DNA of 64,000 bases, taken from Sulfurospirillum sp. (lineage in GTDB: Bacteria; Campylobacterota; Campylobacteria; Campylobacterales; Sulfurospirillaceae). Each line of letters starts with the position of its first letter. Within the stretch, counting starts at the first letter, position 1. The notes under the pieces are model-generated. The model was not told where the DNA came from and did no database searches. It saw nothing but the letters and a program-made list of their open reading frames with translations. This document shows positions 1 to 10,269 of this stretch, piece by piece. The stretch covers positions 42,461-106,460 of the forward strand of contig JASFYR010000019.1 of the NCBI GenBank assembly GCA_045047115.1. The letters are read 5' to 3'. The position numbers were made by a program, and so were the translations under genes.

Positions 1-1
1 A

Positions 2-151
2 AAAGAGCAGATTGATGAGAAAGTTAAGGCATTGACAGAGGTAAGTCATAAGTTGGCAGAAGCTATGTATAAAAAAGATGATGCTAAAGGCGCAGAGCCT
101 AAGAAAGACTCTAAAGCAGATGATGAAATTATAGATGCAGAGGTAGAATAA
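2..151 (+). CDS. dnaK: Chaperone DnaK, C-terminal end (partial)
   Basis: Frame from nt 2 reads KEQIDEKVKALTEVSHKLAEAMYKK...DDEIIDAEVE*, the typical DnaK tail. Confidence 0.9.
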   Translation, partial: KEQIDEKVKALTEVSHKLAEAMYKKDDAKGAEPKKDSKADDEIIDAEVE

Positions 152-160
152 TACTGTATA

Positions 161-186
161 GGAGCCAATCCATTTTGATTGGCTCC
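161..186 (+). terminator. Hairpin after dnaK
   Basis: GGAGCCAATC-CATTTT-GATTGGCTCC, perfect 10-bp stem 10 nt after the stop. Confidence 0.75.
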
Positions 187-249
187 ACGATTTTAAAAAT
201 ATTTACTTAGTTTTGATAAAATAATAGAATTTTATCAAAAGGTGCCTTT

Positions 250-2052
250 ATGACAATTCAACTACTTAGAAAAATAGCCAGAGTATTAATTTTGCTATTT
301 TTTATAAATATAACTCTATATGCCGCATTTCCAAAACAAAATATTTTATCTCCGGAAGATGCTTTTAAGGTCAGCTCAGTCCAAACAGATAAAGGCGTAG
401 ATATAAAAATTAAACTTGGTGAAAAGATGTATGCTTATGACAATAAGCTTCATGTTGAATTAGTTGCACCAAAAAAAGTTTTGTTGGATAAGGAATCTAC
501 TCGTCCAAAACCTGTGAAATTTCATGAATTTATAGTGCATAGAAAAGATATAAATATAATTATACCGATGAGTGTTATCCGAAAATATGTAAAAAATGGA
601 AAATATAAAATAAAAGTTTTATATCAAGGTTGCTCAGAGCGGGGACTCTGCTATTCACCTATGAGTAATACCTATGAATATTCACTATTGAAAAAAGTCC
701 AAAACACCAAGAAGCAGAAGACAGCCAAGATAATTACTAATGTTTCCCAGGAAGATACGATAGCCCAAAGTATAAAAAACAGTAGCTTTTTTATAGTATT
801 GTTAACATTTTTCGGTTTTGGTTTACTGCTCTCTTTGACACCTTGTGTTTTTCCTATGATTCCGATACTCTCTTCGGTTATAGTTTCACAATCTGATAAA
901 AATATGAATGCTAAAAAAGCTTTTTTTCTGTCATTGGTGTATGTTTTAGCCATGTCATTGGCATACACTATAGCCGGTGTTTTGGCAGGTTTGTTTGGTG
1001 CAAATATTCAAACTGCTCTTCAAGACCCTTGGGTATTGTCTGTTTTTAGTTTGGTTTTTGTGCTTTTATCGCTCTCTATGTTTGGTTTTTATGAGATACA
1101 GATGCCCTCTTTCATTCAGTCTAAACTATCTAAAAGAAGCAACAATAACAAAGGAGGAGTCATAGGCGTTGCAATTATGGGCTTTTTGTCTGCACTGATA
1201 GTTGGACCTTGTGTGGCTGCACCACTTGCGGGAGCACTTATATATATTGGTCAAAGCGGAGATGCATTGCTAGGTGGAGCTGCATTGTTTGTTATGAGCT
1301 TAGGTATGGGAATTCCACTTTTGATTATTGGAGCGGGCGCAGGAAAGTTTATGCCTCATCCTGGAGTTTGGATGGATAATATAAAGGCAATATTTGGTGT
1401 GTTGATGCTGGCTGTTGCTATATATATGCTTTCTCGCATATTGGATTCTCAAATTACTATGCTTTTGTGGATGGCACTGTTATTGATTACTTCTGTATAC
1501 ATGGGAGCACTTGAGCCTTTAAAAGAAAACTCTTCGGGTTGGTCTAAGCTTTTTAAGGGTCTGGGCATCATTGTTTTTATATATTCTCTGTTTTTATTTG
1601 TAGGCGCAATGCGAGGCACAACAAATCCACTAAACCCACTAGAAGAAAAGAGTGCTCAAATACTTCAAATTCAAAATTCAAATATGACAGCAGAACATGC
1701 TGTATTTAAAATAGTAAAAACTTTGGATGAATTAGATAAGATTGTTAAAAATTCTAAAAAACCTGTTATGATTGATTTTTATGCTGATTGGTGTATCAGC
1801 TGTAAAGAGTTGGATGAAAAAACTTTTAAAGATGTTCAGGTAAGAAATAAAATGGATAGATTTAATTTAATAAGGATAGATGTTACAAAGAATGATTTGG
1901 AAGATAAAAAGCTTTTAAAAAGATTTAATGTTTTCGGTCCTCCTGCAATTATATTTTTCAAAAATGGCAAAGAATTAAAATCTTTAAAAGTTGTAGGATA
2001 TAAAAATGCAGAGGAATTTGCACCTCAATTAGATAAGGTATTGGCAAAATGA
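250..2052 (+). CDS. dsbD: Protein-disulfide reductase DsbD
   Basis: QGCSERGLCY N-domain, LTPCVFPMIP and VGPCVAAPL TM motifs, FYADWCISCK thioredoxin domain. Confidence 0.95.
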   Translation: MTIQLLRKIARVLILLFFINITLYAAFPKQNILSPEDAFKVSSVQTDKGVDIKIKLGEKMYAYDNKLHVELVAPKKVLLDKESTRPKPVKFHEFIVHRKDINIIIPMSVIRKYVKNGKYKIKVLYQGCSERGLCYSPMSNTYEYSLLKKVQNTKKQKTAKIITNVSQEDTIAQSIKNSSFFIVLLTFFGFGLLLSLTPCVFPMIPILSSVIVSQSDKNMNAKKAFFLSLVYVLAMSLAYTIAGVLAGLFGANIQTALQDPWVLSVFSLVFVLLSLSMFGFYEIQMPSFIQSKLSKRSNNNKGGVIGVAIMGFLSALIVGPCVAAPLAGALIYIGQSGDALLGGAALFVMSLGMGIPLLIIGAGAGKFMPHPGVWMDNIKAIFGVLMLAVAIYMLSRILDSQITMLLWMALLLITSVYMGALEPLKENSSGWSKLFKGLGIIVFIYSLFLFVGAMRGTTNPLNPLEEKSAQILQIQNSNMTAEHAVFKIVKTLDELDKIVKNSKKPVMIDFYADWCISCKELDEKTFKDVQVRNKMDRFNLIRIDVTKNDLEDKKLLKRFNVFGPPAIIFFKNGKELKSLKVVGYKNAEEFAPQLDKVLAK

Positions 2053-2339
2053 AAGTGGTTTTGATAGTTGATGTTCAGAACCTTGATGATAAGATAGTTT
2101 TTGACAAACATCTTAAAAGAGAAGGTTTTATAGGGGTTGAAGGAGAAGAGTTTGCTTATGAGGGTGAGGCACATACTCATTTGTTTAATACAAGAGCTTA
2201 TATATTGGAGGTTGTAACAAAAGCTTTAGCCAAAATCTCTTTTGATAGTTGTGGAATAATTTTCCAAATTGGTGAGAATCCTATCGAAGCATATGTCTTT
2301 AATATGGAGAAAAAAGAGTTTCTAAAAGCCAAAGTTTAA
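2049..2339 (+). CDS. Hypothetical protein
   Basis: 96-aa ORF coupled to dsbD by ATGA-type overlap. Confidence 0.75.
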   Translation: MKVVLIVDVQNLDDKIVFDKHLKREGFIGVEGEEFAYEGEAHTHLFNTRAYILEVVTKALAKISFDSCGIIFQIGENPIEAYVFNMEKKEFLKAKV

Positions 2340-2343
2340 TTTA

Positions 2344-2359
2344 TGGAACTTTTTTTGCT
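2344..2359 (+). promoter_or_regulatory. Sigma-54 (-24/-12) promoter of flgH
   Basis: TGGAACTTTTTTTGCT: GG(2345-46)-N10-GC(2357-58); rpoN is in the window. Confidence 0.8.
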
Positions 2360-2373
2360 TTAAACTATATCAA

Positions 2374-2413
2374 TAGACTTATCGCAATATATCTTTATAT
2401 CGCAACAAGTCTA
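2374..2413. repeat. 40-bp palindromic element, copy 1
   Basis: TAGACTTATCGCAATATATCTTTATATCGCAACAAGTCTA; 34/40 identical to 40605-40644. Confidence 0.8.
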
Positions 2414-2433
2414 ATAAAAATACTGAGAGAAAC

Positions 2434-3144
2434 ATGAAAAAAACCATGATATTGATTTTTGCAGCACTGCTGTTTATTGGTTGTTCGGTTCATCCTGCTG
2501 ATCCTAAAATAACTATGAAGGCTCCTGTGTATGTTGATCAGCTTCCTCCAAAAGTAAATGATACACCAAGATCAAATCCTGGAAGTCTTTTTGGACAAGG
2601 GGATAATCCTCTTTTTGCTGATTTAAAGGCTATGCACATAAATGATATAGTTACAATTGTAATAAGTGAAAACATAGCCCAAAGCTCAAAGGCAAAAAGA
2701 GATCTGACAAAAAACAGCAAAGATTCACTAGGTGGAGGATTGTTCACAAGTGGAGGCTCAAATGCTGCTGTAAATAGTATTGCAAACAAAATAAACGGCA
2801 TTACAAATATTGGTTTTCAAACAGGCTCTACAAACTCTTTTGCAGGAAGTGGTACAAATAGTAGAGATGAAAAGTTTACCACAACAATTTCTGCAAGAAT
2901 TATTAAAATACTAAATAATGGAAATTATTTTATAGAAGGCAGCAGAGAGCTTTTGCTAAATGGAGAAAAACAGATTATCCAGATAAGCGGAGTTATAAGA
3001 CCTTATGATATTGATCAAACTAATACTATTGATTCTAAATATATCGCAGATGCCAAGATACTCTATAAAACACAAGGGGATATGAATCAAAATATGAAGA
3101 AACCATGGGGTTCAAGACTTATGGAGTCAATTTGGCCTTTTTAA
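2434..3144 (+). CDS. flgH: Flagellar L-ring protein FlgH
   Basis: Lipobox LFIGC, GSLF..D.KA, NGN.FIEGSRE, SGVIRPYDI, IADAKI, terminal WPF. Confidence 0.95.
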   Translation: MKKTMILIFAALLFIGCSVHPADPKITMKAPVYVDQLPPKVNDTPRSNPGSLFGQGDNPLFADLKAMHINDIVTIVISENIAQSSKAKRDLTKNSKDSLGGGLFTSGGSNAAVNSIANKINGITNIGFQTGSTNSFAGSGTNSRDEKFTTTISARIIKILNNGNYFIEGSRELLLNGEKQIIQISGVIRPYDIDQTNTIDSKYIADAKILYKTQGDMNQNMKKPWGSRLMESIWPF

Positions 3145-4382
3145 TTTTTTACGGCTTTTGCAAGATCCCACATAGGCATAAAGATACCAAGCGCCATTAG
3201 TAAAACCATACCGGCAATAAAACCAAGAAGTATAGGCTCAATATAGCTTGAGATATTGTCAATAATCTCATTAAATCTTGATTTAAAATAATCTGTTACT
3301 TTTTCAAGCATTTTATCGAGTGTACCGCTTTGTTCGCCTGCTTGTATCATCTGGATAAGCATCCCCTCAAAAAGACCAGTTTCCCTAAATGCTTCAGTTA
3401 GAGAGATACCTCTTTGGACTGAAACATTAACGCTTGTCAGCCTCTGTTTTAAATACATATTATCCAAAGTCAATAAAGATGTTTCAAGTGCATCGGCTAT
3501 TGGGATTCCTGAACGAATTAGTTCTGTGAAAACTAAAGTAAATCTTGCCATGGTGGCATAAAATACAATATTTCCTATCAAATATATCTTAAGTATATAT
3601 TTATCATATTTCTTCTTGAACTCTTCATTATTTGCAAGCATATATTTGAAAAAAACTATAGTCAGAATTATAAACCCGAGAAGATAAAAACCATAGTTAT
3701 GTATGATATTTTCCAAAAATAGAAGTATCTTTGTTGGCAAAGGCAGTTCTGTTTTGAATTTTGAAAAAATTTCTTTGAATTTTGGAACAACATATACCAT
3801 TAAAATGGTAAAAGCGATTGCAATAGCTACCATTACTGTGATAGGGTATCTCATAGCTTTTTTAAATTTTTGTCGATTTTCTTCCATCTCTTCAAGAATT
3901 TCTGCTAATTTTTCCAAAGATTCTGACATATTTCCCGTACTCTCTCCAAGTTCAACCATAGCCAGAGTTACATCTCCCAGGTCTGTTCTGAAAGGCATCA
4001 TGGATTGTGTGAGACTAAGTCCTGAATTTAGATCATCATTGATGCTCTCAAATATATCTTTAAGGGTTTTATCAACACTTGCTTTTGCTACTTCTTTGAT
4101 ACTGTCATGTATAGATATACCAGCATTTGTCATAACGGCCAATTGCCTGATAGCCGCTATTAGAGCTTTTATATTGATTTTTTTCTTTATGATAGATTTT
4201 ACAAATTTAGCTTTAAAATCTGAAAATTTATCTTCAACAGGAGCCGAAGCAGTTTTGATATTTAAAAGAATTCCAGGTATTTTTGTTTTTGCAATCGTTA
4301 TCGCATCTCTTTTGTTTGGTGCTTTGATAACTTTTGTCTCTTTCTTGCCCTTAAATAGTGATGTTACTTCAAAATAATTCAT
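3141..4382 (-). CDS. ctsF: T2SS/T4P platform protein (GspF/PilC, CtsF-like)
   Basis: RQLAVMTNAG, GESTG, KKAMRYP, AGEQSGTLD, IEP motifs. Confidence 0.9.
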   Translation of the reverse strand: MNYFEVTSLFKGKKETKVIKAPNKRDAITIAKTKIPGILLNIKTASAPVEDKFSDFKAKFVKSIIKKKINIKALIAAIRQLAVMTNAGISIHDSIKEVAKASVDKTLKDIFESINDDLNSGLSLTQSMMPFRTDLGDVTLAMVELGESTGNMSESLEKLAEILEEMEENRQKFKKAMRYPITVMVAIAIAFTILMVYVVPKFKEIFSKFKTELPLPTKILLFLENIIHNYGFYLLGFIILTIVFFKYMLANNEEFKKKYDKYILKIYLIGNIVFYATMARFTLVFTELIRSGIPIADALETSLLTLDNMYLKQRLTSVNVSVQRGISLTEAFRETGLFEGMLIQMIQAGEQSGTLDKMLEKVTDYFKSRFNEIIDNISSYIEPILLGFIAGMVLLMALGIFMPMWDLAKAVKN

Positions 4383-6127
4383 CCTTTTGCCACCCTTACA
4401 ACTTCTTCGATAGTTGTTATGCCTTTAGAGGCCCTTAAAATTCCATCTTTGTACATATCAACAAAGCCTTCATCCAAGGCTTGTTGTTTTATCTCCTCTT
4501 TACTTCTTCCTTGTGCAATCATACTGGAAATTTTTTCACTGACTATTAAAATCTCAGAGAGCATTTCTCTCCCGATATAACCGGTTTGTGAACACTTTTC
4601 ACATCCATTTTGTTTATAAAACTGAAAATCCCTCGGAAGAAAATCCTTTATGTCCTCATAGGCAGTTTTTGGAAGAGTAATCTCTGTTTTGCAGTGTGGG
4701 CAGAGTTTACGCACAAGTCTTTGTGCCTCAATTGCAACTAAAGAACCACTAAGCAGATATGGCTCTATTCCCATATCCATAACTCTTGTAACTGCGCTTA
4801 TCGCATCATTTGTATGAAGTGTAGAAAATACCAAGTGGCCAGTCAATGCAGCTTGAACAGCAATTCGCAGAGTCTCTTGATCTCTAACTTCACCAATCAT
4901 TATAATATCCGGATCTTGTCTTAAAATTGATCTTAGAGCAGAAGCAAAAGTTAGATTTGCCTTTTCATTAACCTGGACTTGTTGTATAAGATTTAATTGG
5001 TACTCAACTGGGTCTTCAACAGTTATGATTTTGGTTTCTACATTTTTTATCGCATTTAGTGCTGCGTATAGAGTGGTGGTTTTACCGCTGCCTGTAGGAC
5101 CGGTAACAAAAATTATACCAAATGGAGCTCTCATTGCTGTGCTGAATTTTTCAAAATTATTTTTATGCATACCTAAAGATTCCAGTTTTATCATAACTTT
5201 TGATTTGTCCAAAATACGCATAACTATGGATTCTCCATGCAGTATAGGGAGTGTTGAAATTCTAAAATCATACTCTTTTCCAAGAATTGTTGCTGAAAAT
5301 CTGCCGTCTTGGGGTTTTCTTTTTTCTGCAATATCCATATTTGAAAGAAGTTTAAGGCGAGAGGCAAGAGGTGGATATATATCTTTATCAAAAATAAATG
5401 TTTCGGTAAGCATACCATCAATTCGGCTTCTGACCACACAGTTGTTTTTCGTTGGCTCTACATGTATATCACTGGCCCTGGCTAAAATTGAAGTTTTTAG
5501 TATAACCTCTATCAGTTTTAATATTCCTGAGGAATCCTGAGGATTTTCACTAGCATTTGAAGTTATCTCTTTTCTTATTTCTGCTATTAATTCTTTTATG
5601 CTGTCGCCGAGCTCTATCTTATTTATATATTTCTCTATAAGTGATGGTTCGCTTATGACTGTTTTTACAAGTTTTCTAGGAAAAATTCTCTGGATAGCCT
5701 CTTGTGCATTGAGATCAATTGGATCTTTGAATGCCACATAGACATTGATCTCATCCTCTTTTACAGGCAGTGCATGAAATTTTCTTAATTGTGCAAATGG
5801 AAGTTTTGAAACCATTCTGTGGTTTATATCGATAGAATCCAGATCAATATATATTGCGTTTAGATTTTTTGCCAACTCTTTCAAGAAGTCTTCAATGTCA
5901 ACTGCAAAATATCTATTTATGTCTTCTATTTGGATATTGCCTTTTTTGTAAAATTCTACAATCAAAAGCAAAAGATCAGATTTTTCAAAGAGGTTTCTAT
6001 CCAAAAGAATTTCATATATATCTTTATTTTTTTCTTCTGATTCATTTTTAACTATGGAAGCAGTATTTTCATCTAAAATTCTATTTTTAATTAAATAATC
6101 CAATAAAGATAGATTCATATTACTCAT
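4379..6127 (-). CDS. ctsE: T2SS/T4P assembly ATPase (GspE/PilB, CtsE-like)
   Basis: ASDIHVEP, PQDGRF, GPTGSGKTT, LRQDPD, TGHLVFSTLH, CPHC..CEKC. Confidence 0.93.
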   Translation of the reverse strand: MSNMNLSLLDYLIKNRILDENTASIVKNESEEKNKDIYEILLDRNLFEKSDLLLLIVEFYKKGNIQIEDINRYFAVDIEDFLKELAKNLNAIYIDLDSIDINHRMVSKLPFAQLRKFHALPVKEDEINVYVAFKDPIDLNAQEAIQRIFPRKLVKTVISEPSLIEKYINKIELGDSIKELIAEIRKEITSNASENPQDSSGILKLIEVILKTSILARASDIHVEPTKNNCVVRSRIDGMLTETFIFDKDIYPPLASRLKLLSNMDIAEKRKPQDGRFSATILGKEYDFRISTLPILHGESIVMRILDKSKVMIKLESLGMHKNNFEKFSTAMRAPFGIIFVTGPTGSGKTTTLYAALNAIKNVETKIITVEDPVEYQLNLIQQVQVNEKANLTFASALRSILRQDPDIIMIGEVRDQETLRIAVQAALTGHLVFSTLHTNDAISAVTRVMDMGIEPYLLSGSLVAIEAQRLVRKLCPHCKTEITLPKTAYEDIKDFLPRDFQFYKQNGCEKCSQTGYIGREMLSEILIVSEKISSMIAQGRSKEEIKQQALDEGFVDMYKDGILRASKGITTIEEVVRVAKG

Positions 6128-6131
6128 GTTG

Positions 6132-6683
6132 TTACCAATATACTCTTATTTTTATTATTTTATTATTTTTATAGGTTCTTAGATACATTTTTTTTATATT
6201 GTTTCTCTCTTCGAGGGAGAGTCTGTATTTGATAGCAATATTTTTATCATCACTAAACCAATATGATCCATTTTTTAAATCATACTCGCCTTTTACGAAT
6301 TTGTCAAAAATTTTAGATAAAATATAGTTTGTTTTAGGAAGATTTATATATGATATATCAATATTATTGCATAGTGCATAATATAGCATTTTCTTCTGAT
6401 AGAGTATAGTTGTGAAATAAGCGGCATTTTCTCTTGCCTGCTTTGTTTTGTATAGTTTGATTATCGGTAGCACCATTCTATTGACCATATCTGATTTTAG
6501 ACAAGAATCAGCAAACATATTCAAAAAATTTTCATCATTTTTAAATGCAACATACATACTGCCTGAGAGGGAACACACTTTTGCATATTTTTTATTTATA
6601 TAGAGTTTTTTGATATCATTTAAAGTATAGGCAAATGAGATATTTATAAAAATAAAACAAAAAACAAAAATTTTTTTAGTCAT
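6132..6683 (-). CDS. Exported hypothetical protein in pilus operon
   Basis: Signal peptide; coupled within the operon. Confidence 0.7.
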   Translation of the reverse strand: MTKKIFVFCFIFINISFAYTLNDIKKLYINKKYAKVCSLSGSMYVAFKNDENFLNMFADSCLKSDMVNRMVLPIIKLYKTKQARENAAYFTTILYQKKMLYYALCNNIDISYINLPKTNYILSKIFDKFVKGEYDLKNGSYWFSDDKNIAIKYRLSLEERNNIKKMYLRTYKNNKIIKIRVYW

Positions 6684-7572
6684 TTAACACTCCGTTAATT
6701 ATATCACGCAAAAGAGATTTGATATTTTCCGAACTGTTTGTTTTCAGAAAAGATCTAAGTGCTTTAACTGCATCATTTTTTTGATGTAGTCTGTATTTTG
6801 ATTTTGCAAACCAAATCCAACTTCTTTCGCTACTGCTGTCTATATCATTTGCTATAATCGACCATTTCAAAGAATTTCGATAATCCTTCTGTTGATAATA
6901 GTTTTCGCAAAGCATTAAGGCAAATACAATATCATGCGTTCTCTTAAACTTGTTGTTAAGATATTTAATTGAATCAATATCCTTCATCTCTATATTGATT
7001 TTTGGCTTTTTCTTCTCTCCATCTGTTATTGTAGCATTTTTCTTTGTATTTTTAGCTATCTTATCATTTTTTTTATTGGTTTTTGCTACTGTAATATCAT
7101 GGAATGGGTAGAAAAAGATCAAACTTCTTCTATTTGAGTGGTCTATTACAAAGGTGTTTGACGGACGAATTCTAAATACAAAATTTTCTTGTGTATTGTT
7201 CTTTTTTTTTGGTATTACAGTTTTATTTAAATCATCAGAGGAAATATATTCGCTTTTTTGGACTTTAACTGTTGTGTTTTTTTCTGCAGTTTTTATAGGT
7301 TGCTTTGATGCTAAAATGCTATTTTTTTTCAAGCTTGTATTTTGATCTTTTTTTAAAAAAAGAGTACTTATATTTTTTTCGGCAATTTTTTCTATAGGTT
7401 GCATTTTTTTGATTTGAATTTTTGATTTGTAAAAGTAAAAAATGTAGTATGTAGCAGATGAGGCAAATAGAGTAAAAAACAGAGCAATAAGAAAAGATTT
7501 GAATCTTTTCTTTAAAATGTATCTGGAATATTTTTTCTCCAAATCTGCTATATCTTTTGTGCTAAGCATCAA
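6676..7572 (-). CDS. Membrane-anchored protein with C-terminal TPR-like region (CtsX-like position)
   Basis: N-terminal TM, low-complexity linker, TPR-like helices; position next to the CtsP-like ATPase. Confidence 0.65.
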   Translation of the reverse strand: MMLSTKDIADLEKKYSRYILKKRFKSFLIALFFTLFASSATYYIFYFYKSKIQIKKMQPIEKIAEKNISTLFLKKDQNTSLKKNSILASKQPIKTAEKNTTVKVQKSEYISSDDLNKTVIPKKKNNTQENFVFRIRPSNTFVIDHSNRRSLIFFYPFHDITVAKTNKKNDKIAKNTKKNATITDGEKKKPKINIEMKDIDSIKYLNNKFKRTHDIVFALMLCENYYQQKDYRNSLKWSIIANDIDSSSERSWIWFAKSKYRLHQKNDAVKALRSFLKTNSSENIKSLLRDIINGVLND

Positions 7573-8374
7573 TCATCCCTTGCGAAATTCCTGCCATTTC
7601 AAGATATTTTATTTGTAGTGATCTTTGGTTTATTTTTGATGGATTTGAAGTATCATAGTATTCTAAAATTTCGAATAATTTAAATAAAAGTTTGTTTATA
7701 GTTCTCAGGTTGCCTTTGGTAAGTTTCATAATCATCTTTAAATGCTTCTCTTTAAATAGAGAAAGATACTCAAATTTATTGTGAAATATCAATTTTTTTT
7801 CTATATATGTTTTAACTTCTATATAGTTGGAATTTTCCAACTCAATACTCTCCCAAATACGAGTTTTAAAATAATCTTTTGCAAGAATGTCTTCTTCATC
7901 GGTCTTATGCACAGTAAAGAGGAATTTAAATTTTCTAGAATCTGCCATAAGCCTGATTTTCTCGATTAAGTCACCCGGATAAAGTTGAGATTCGTCCATG
8001 AGTACTGTGGTTGCAACTCTGTTTTTATCTAATTTTTTTGTAACTATTGATAAAAATTCATCGTAGCCACTAAATTTTGGTGCAGTTTCTTTGAAACTTT
8101 TTTTGTATAAAACTTTTAGAAATTCAATCTCATCAAAAAAAGGTCTTGGAAGAAAAATGATATTTTTCTTTTTTTTAAAATCATTATATATTTTTTGCAG
8201 AAGAAATGTTTTTCCTGTGCCTGGTTTACCGTAAAACAAGATAAGCTTTAATGGTTTGTTTATGGCCTGTATAAGCTTATCATACGCGATAGATGATTTG
8301 TCCAGATTTACATAATCAAAAACTTCACCATCTAGAAAAATATTTTTTAAATCAGAATATTGACTTTTATTCAT
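7562..8374 (-). CDS. ctsP: AAA ATPase (CtsP/ExeA/MshM-like)
   Basis: Walker A GKPGTGKT, Walker B VLMDESQ, GNLRTIN. Confidence 0.8.
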   Translation of the reverse strand: MNKSQYSDLKNIFLDGEVFDYVNLDKSSIAYDKLIQAINKPLKLILFYGKPGTGKTFLLQKIYNDFKKKKNIIFLPRPFFDEIEFLKVLYKKSFKETAPKFSGYDEFLSIVTKKLDKNRVATTVLMDESQLYPGDLIEKIRLMADSRKFKFLFTVHKTDEEDILAKDYFKTRIWESIELENSNYIEVKTYIEKKLIFHNKFEYLSLFKEKHLKMIMKLTKGNLRTINKLLFKLFEILEYYDTSNPSKINQRSLQIKYLEMAGISQGMIDA

Positions 8375-9848
8375 ACATTCTCTTGGAAAAGCCTAACTCT
8401 CTTAAAGAGGTTTTTGTTACACCGTTTACACCAATTATTTTAGGAGTTATAACAAAAATTAGCTCTTGTGAAGTCAAACTATCGCCAGTATGTTTAAAAG
8501 CATTACCCAAGATAGGGATATCACTAAGTAGAGGTACTCCGGAGTTTGCCTTCCCTTTTGAATTTGTTATTAAGCCACCTAATATTATTGTACTTCCGTT
8601 TTTTACTCTAACAACGGTAGAAAGCTTTTTCTCTGAAGTGTCAGGCGCTATTTCTCTCGGAACTGTTTGCTTTCCGTCATCCACGCTATATTTAAAATTG
8701 CTTACTGATGGATTAATTCTCAGTATTATTTCACCATTATTGGATATTTCGGGTGTTATGTTTAAGAGTACTCCTATAAATATAGAATAATTTTTATATG
8801 TTGTTATTGTAGGTGCATTTGATGTGTTGCTTGTTGAATTTTCAGGTACACGATAATTTATATTGTCTCCGACTGTTATTAGTGCTTGTTGATTGTTTAG
8901 GGTTAAAACTTTTGGACTTGAAACTGTTTTGGTGTTTCCATAAGTCTTAAGAAAATCAATTAAACCTGACATTGTAAATAAATTTTTACTTATTACGGTA
9001 TATGTATTTGTATAGTTTAGAGCTTTTAGAGGAGTTGTGCCTGTTCCATTAAGATTGAAATCTGCAGTGTTATTTAAGGATAGATTAAACTTACTCCAGT
9101 CTATACCTGTAGAACTTTTGTTTTCAAGACTCACAGAGAGTATTGATACACTGATTAAGACCTGCTTATGAAGCCTTTTTCTGAGAATTTCTATATATTT
9201 TTCAACTCTATCAAGCTGTTTTTTTGTTGCGGTTACTGTTATGATTCCAGCGCTCGAGTTTATGATTGGTTTATCGGCCTTGTATTTGTCTTCAGCAGTA
9301 TTTAAAACAGCAGTCAGTTCGTCTGATATTTTTGCCCAAAAATCAAAAGTATCATTTGATGTTATTTTATTATCACCGTTTATAGTTCTTGTTCCACCTT
9401 CAGCCATGGGGGTTGCATCTACTGAAGCATTTAATACTGCGGTTCCATTTCTAACAGATGTTATGTAGTCTATATTAAATATTTTAGTGTTCAATGAAGA
9501 AATTTTTAAAAAATTTTGATCAAATGTATAGTATAAGTCATTTTCCCCTACCAATAATTTGAAAAGTTCATTTAGTGAAAGATCTTTTATATTGACGCTG
9601 TCTAGGTTTTTTTTCAATATTTCTCTGGCAAAATCATCTTTTATAACAACTGTAAAATTACATGAATCAGCAAGTTGTGACAATAGGTCCATATTGCTTA
9701 CCTTGTCATTTGTTTTAATGGTAAATGCTCTATATTCACAAGATTTATTGTTTTTTGCAGCATAAAGAGGGAAAACTGCAAAACAAGCTAAAACTATCAG
9801 TGAAAAAAGTTTTTTGTTATTTTGACGAAAATTTGATCTTAGACTCAT
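8367..9848 (-). CDS. ctsD: Secretin (MshL/CtsD-like)
   Basis: QVLISVSI, TGIDWS, SSPKVLTLNNQQA, TIILGGLI, VPLLSDIPILGNAF, ELIFVITP. Confidence 0.9.
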   Translation of the reverse strand: MSLRSNFRQNNKKLFSLIVLACFAVFPLYAAKNNKSCEYRAFTIKTNDKVSNMDLLSQLADSCNFTVVIKDDFAREILKKNLDSVNIKDLSLNELFKLLVGENDLYYTFDQNFLKISSLNTKIFNIDYITSVRNGTAVLNASVDATPMAEGGTRTINGDNKITSNDTFDFWAKISDELTAVLNTAEDKYKADKPIINSSAGIITVTATKKQLDRVEKYIEILRKRLHKQVLISVSILSVSLENKSSTGIDWSKFNLSLNNTADFNLNGTGTTPLKALNYTNTYTVISKNLFTMSGLIDFLKTYGNTKTVSSPKVLTLNNQQALITVGDNINYRVPENSTSNTSNAPTITTYKNYSIFIGVLLNITPEISNNGEIILRINPSVSNFKYSVDDGKQTVPREIAPDTSEKKLSTVVRVKNGSTIILGGLITNSKGKANSGVPLLSDIPILGNAFKHTGDSLTSQELIFVITPKIIGVNGVTKTSLRELGFSKRMYE

Positions 9849-10269
9849 TGTCTTTCCTTATAAAAAGTTCTTTTTTTGTGTTTTGACTTCTTAATAAAAC
9901 ACTTCTTTTTTTTATTTTTATCAATCTGTACGCTCCAATTTTTGCACGCTTTTTGTACCACTTACCGTTTATCATAGCTTTCTTATTGAAAATCGCATCT
10001 AAATTATATATGATTTTTGCTTTTTTGGTCTTGTTTGTATCACCAGCCTTTTTATATATAACTACAAAAGGATTTTTGATTTTATTTATAGTTTTTGCAG
10101 CAACACCGATTCTTGTTTCGCTTATTCTTTCAAAAATTTTATTATACTGTTTTGTATTATTACCAAGATTTAAGTTTGCGCTTGAAAATAAAAAAGCCGG
10201 TAAAAAAAGTATGAAAATAAAAAGTATATTTTTAAAGTTGATTAATTTTTTCAATATTTCATCCCCCAT
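9817..10269 (-). CDS. Pilus accessory protein (PilP/MshK-like); start uncertain
   Basis: KNPF motif, AMINGKW, position before the secretin. Confidence 0.65.
   Translation of the reverse strand: MGDEILKKLINFKNILFIFILFLPAFLFSSANLNLGNNTKQYNKIFERISETRIGVAAKTINKIKNPFVVIYKKAGDTNKTKKAKIIYNLDAIFNKKAMINGKWYKKRAKIGAYRLIKIKKRSVLLRSQNTKKELFIRKDNESKIKFSSK

Noticed and set aside
3703..4377. Long antisense ORFs (also 5025-5540, 39060-39671, 49985-50545, 60646-61215)
   Set aside because: Shadow frames opposite well-supported genes, with no motifs.
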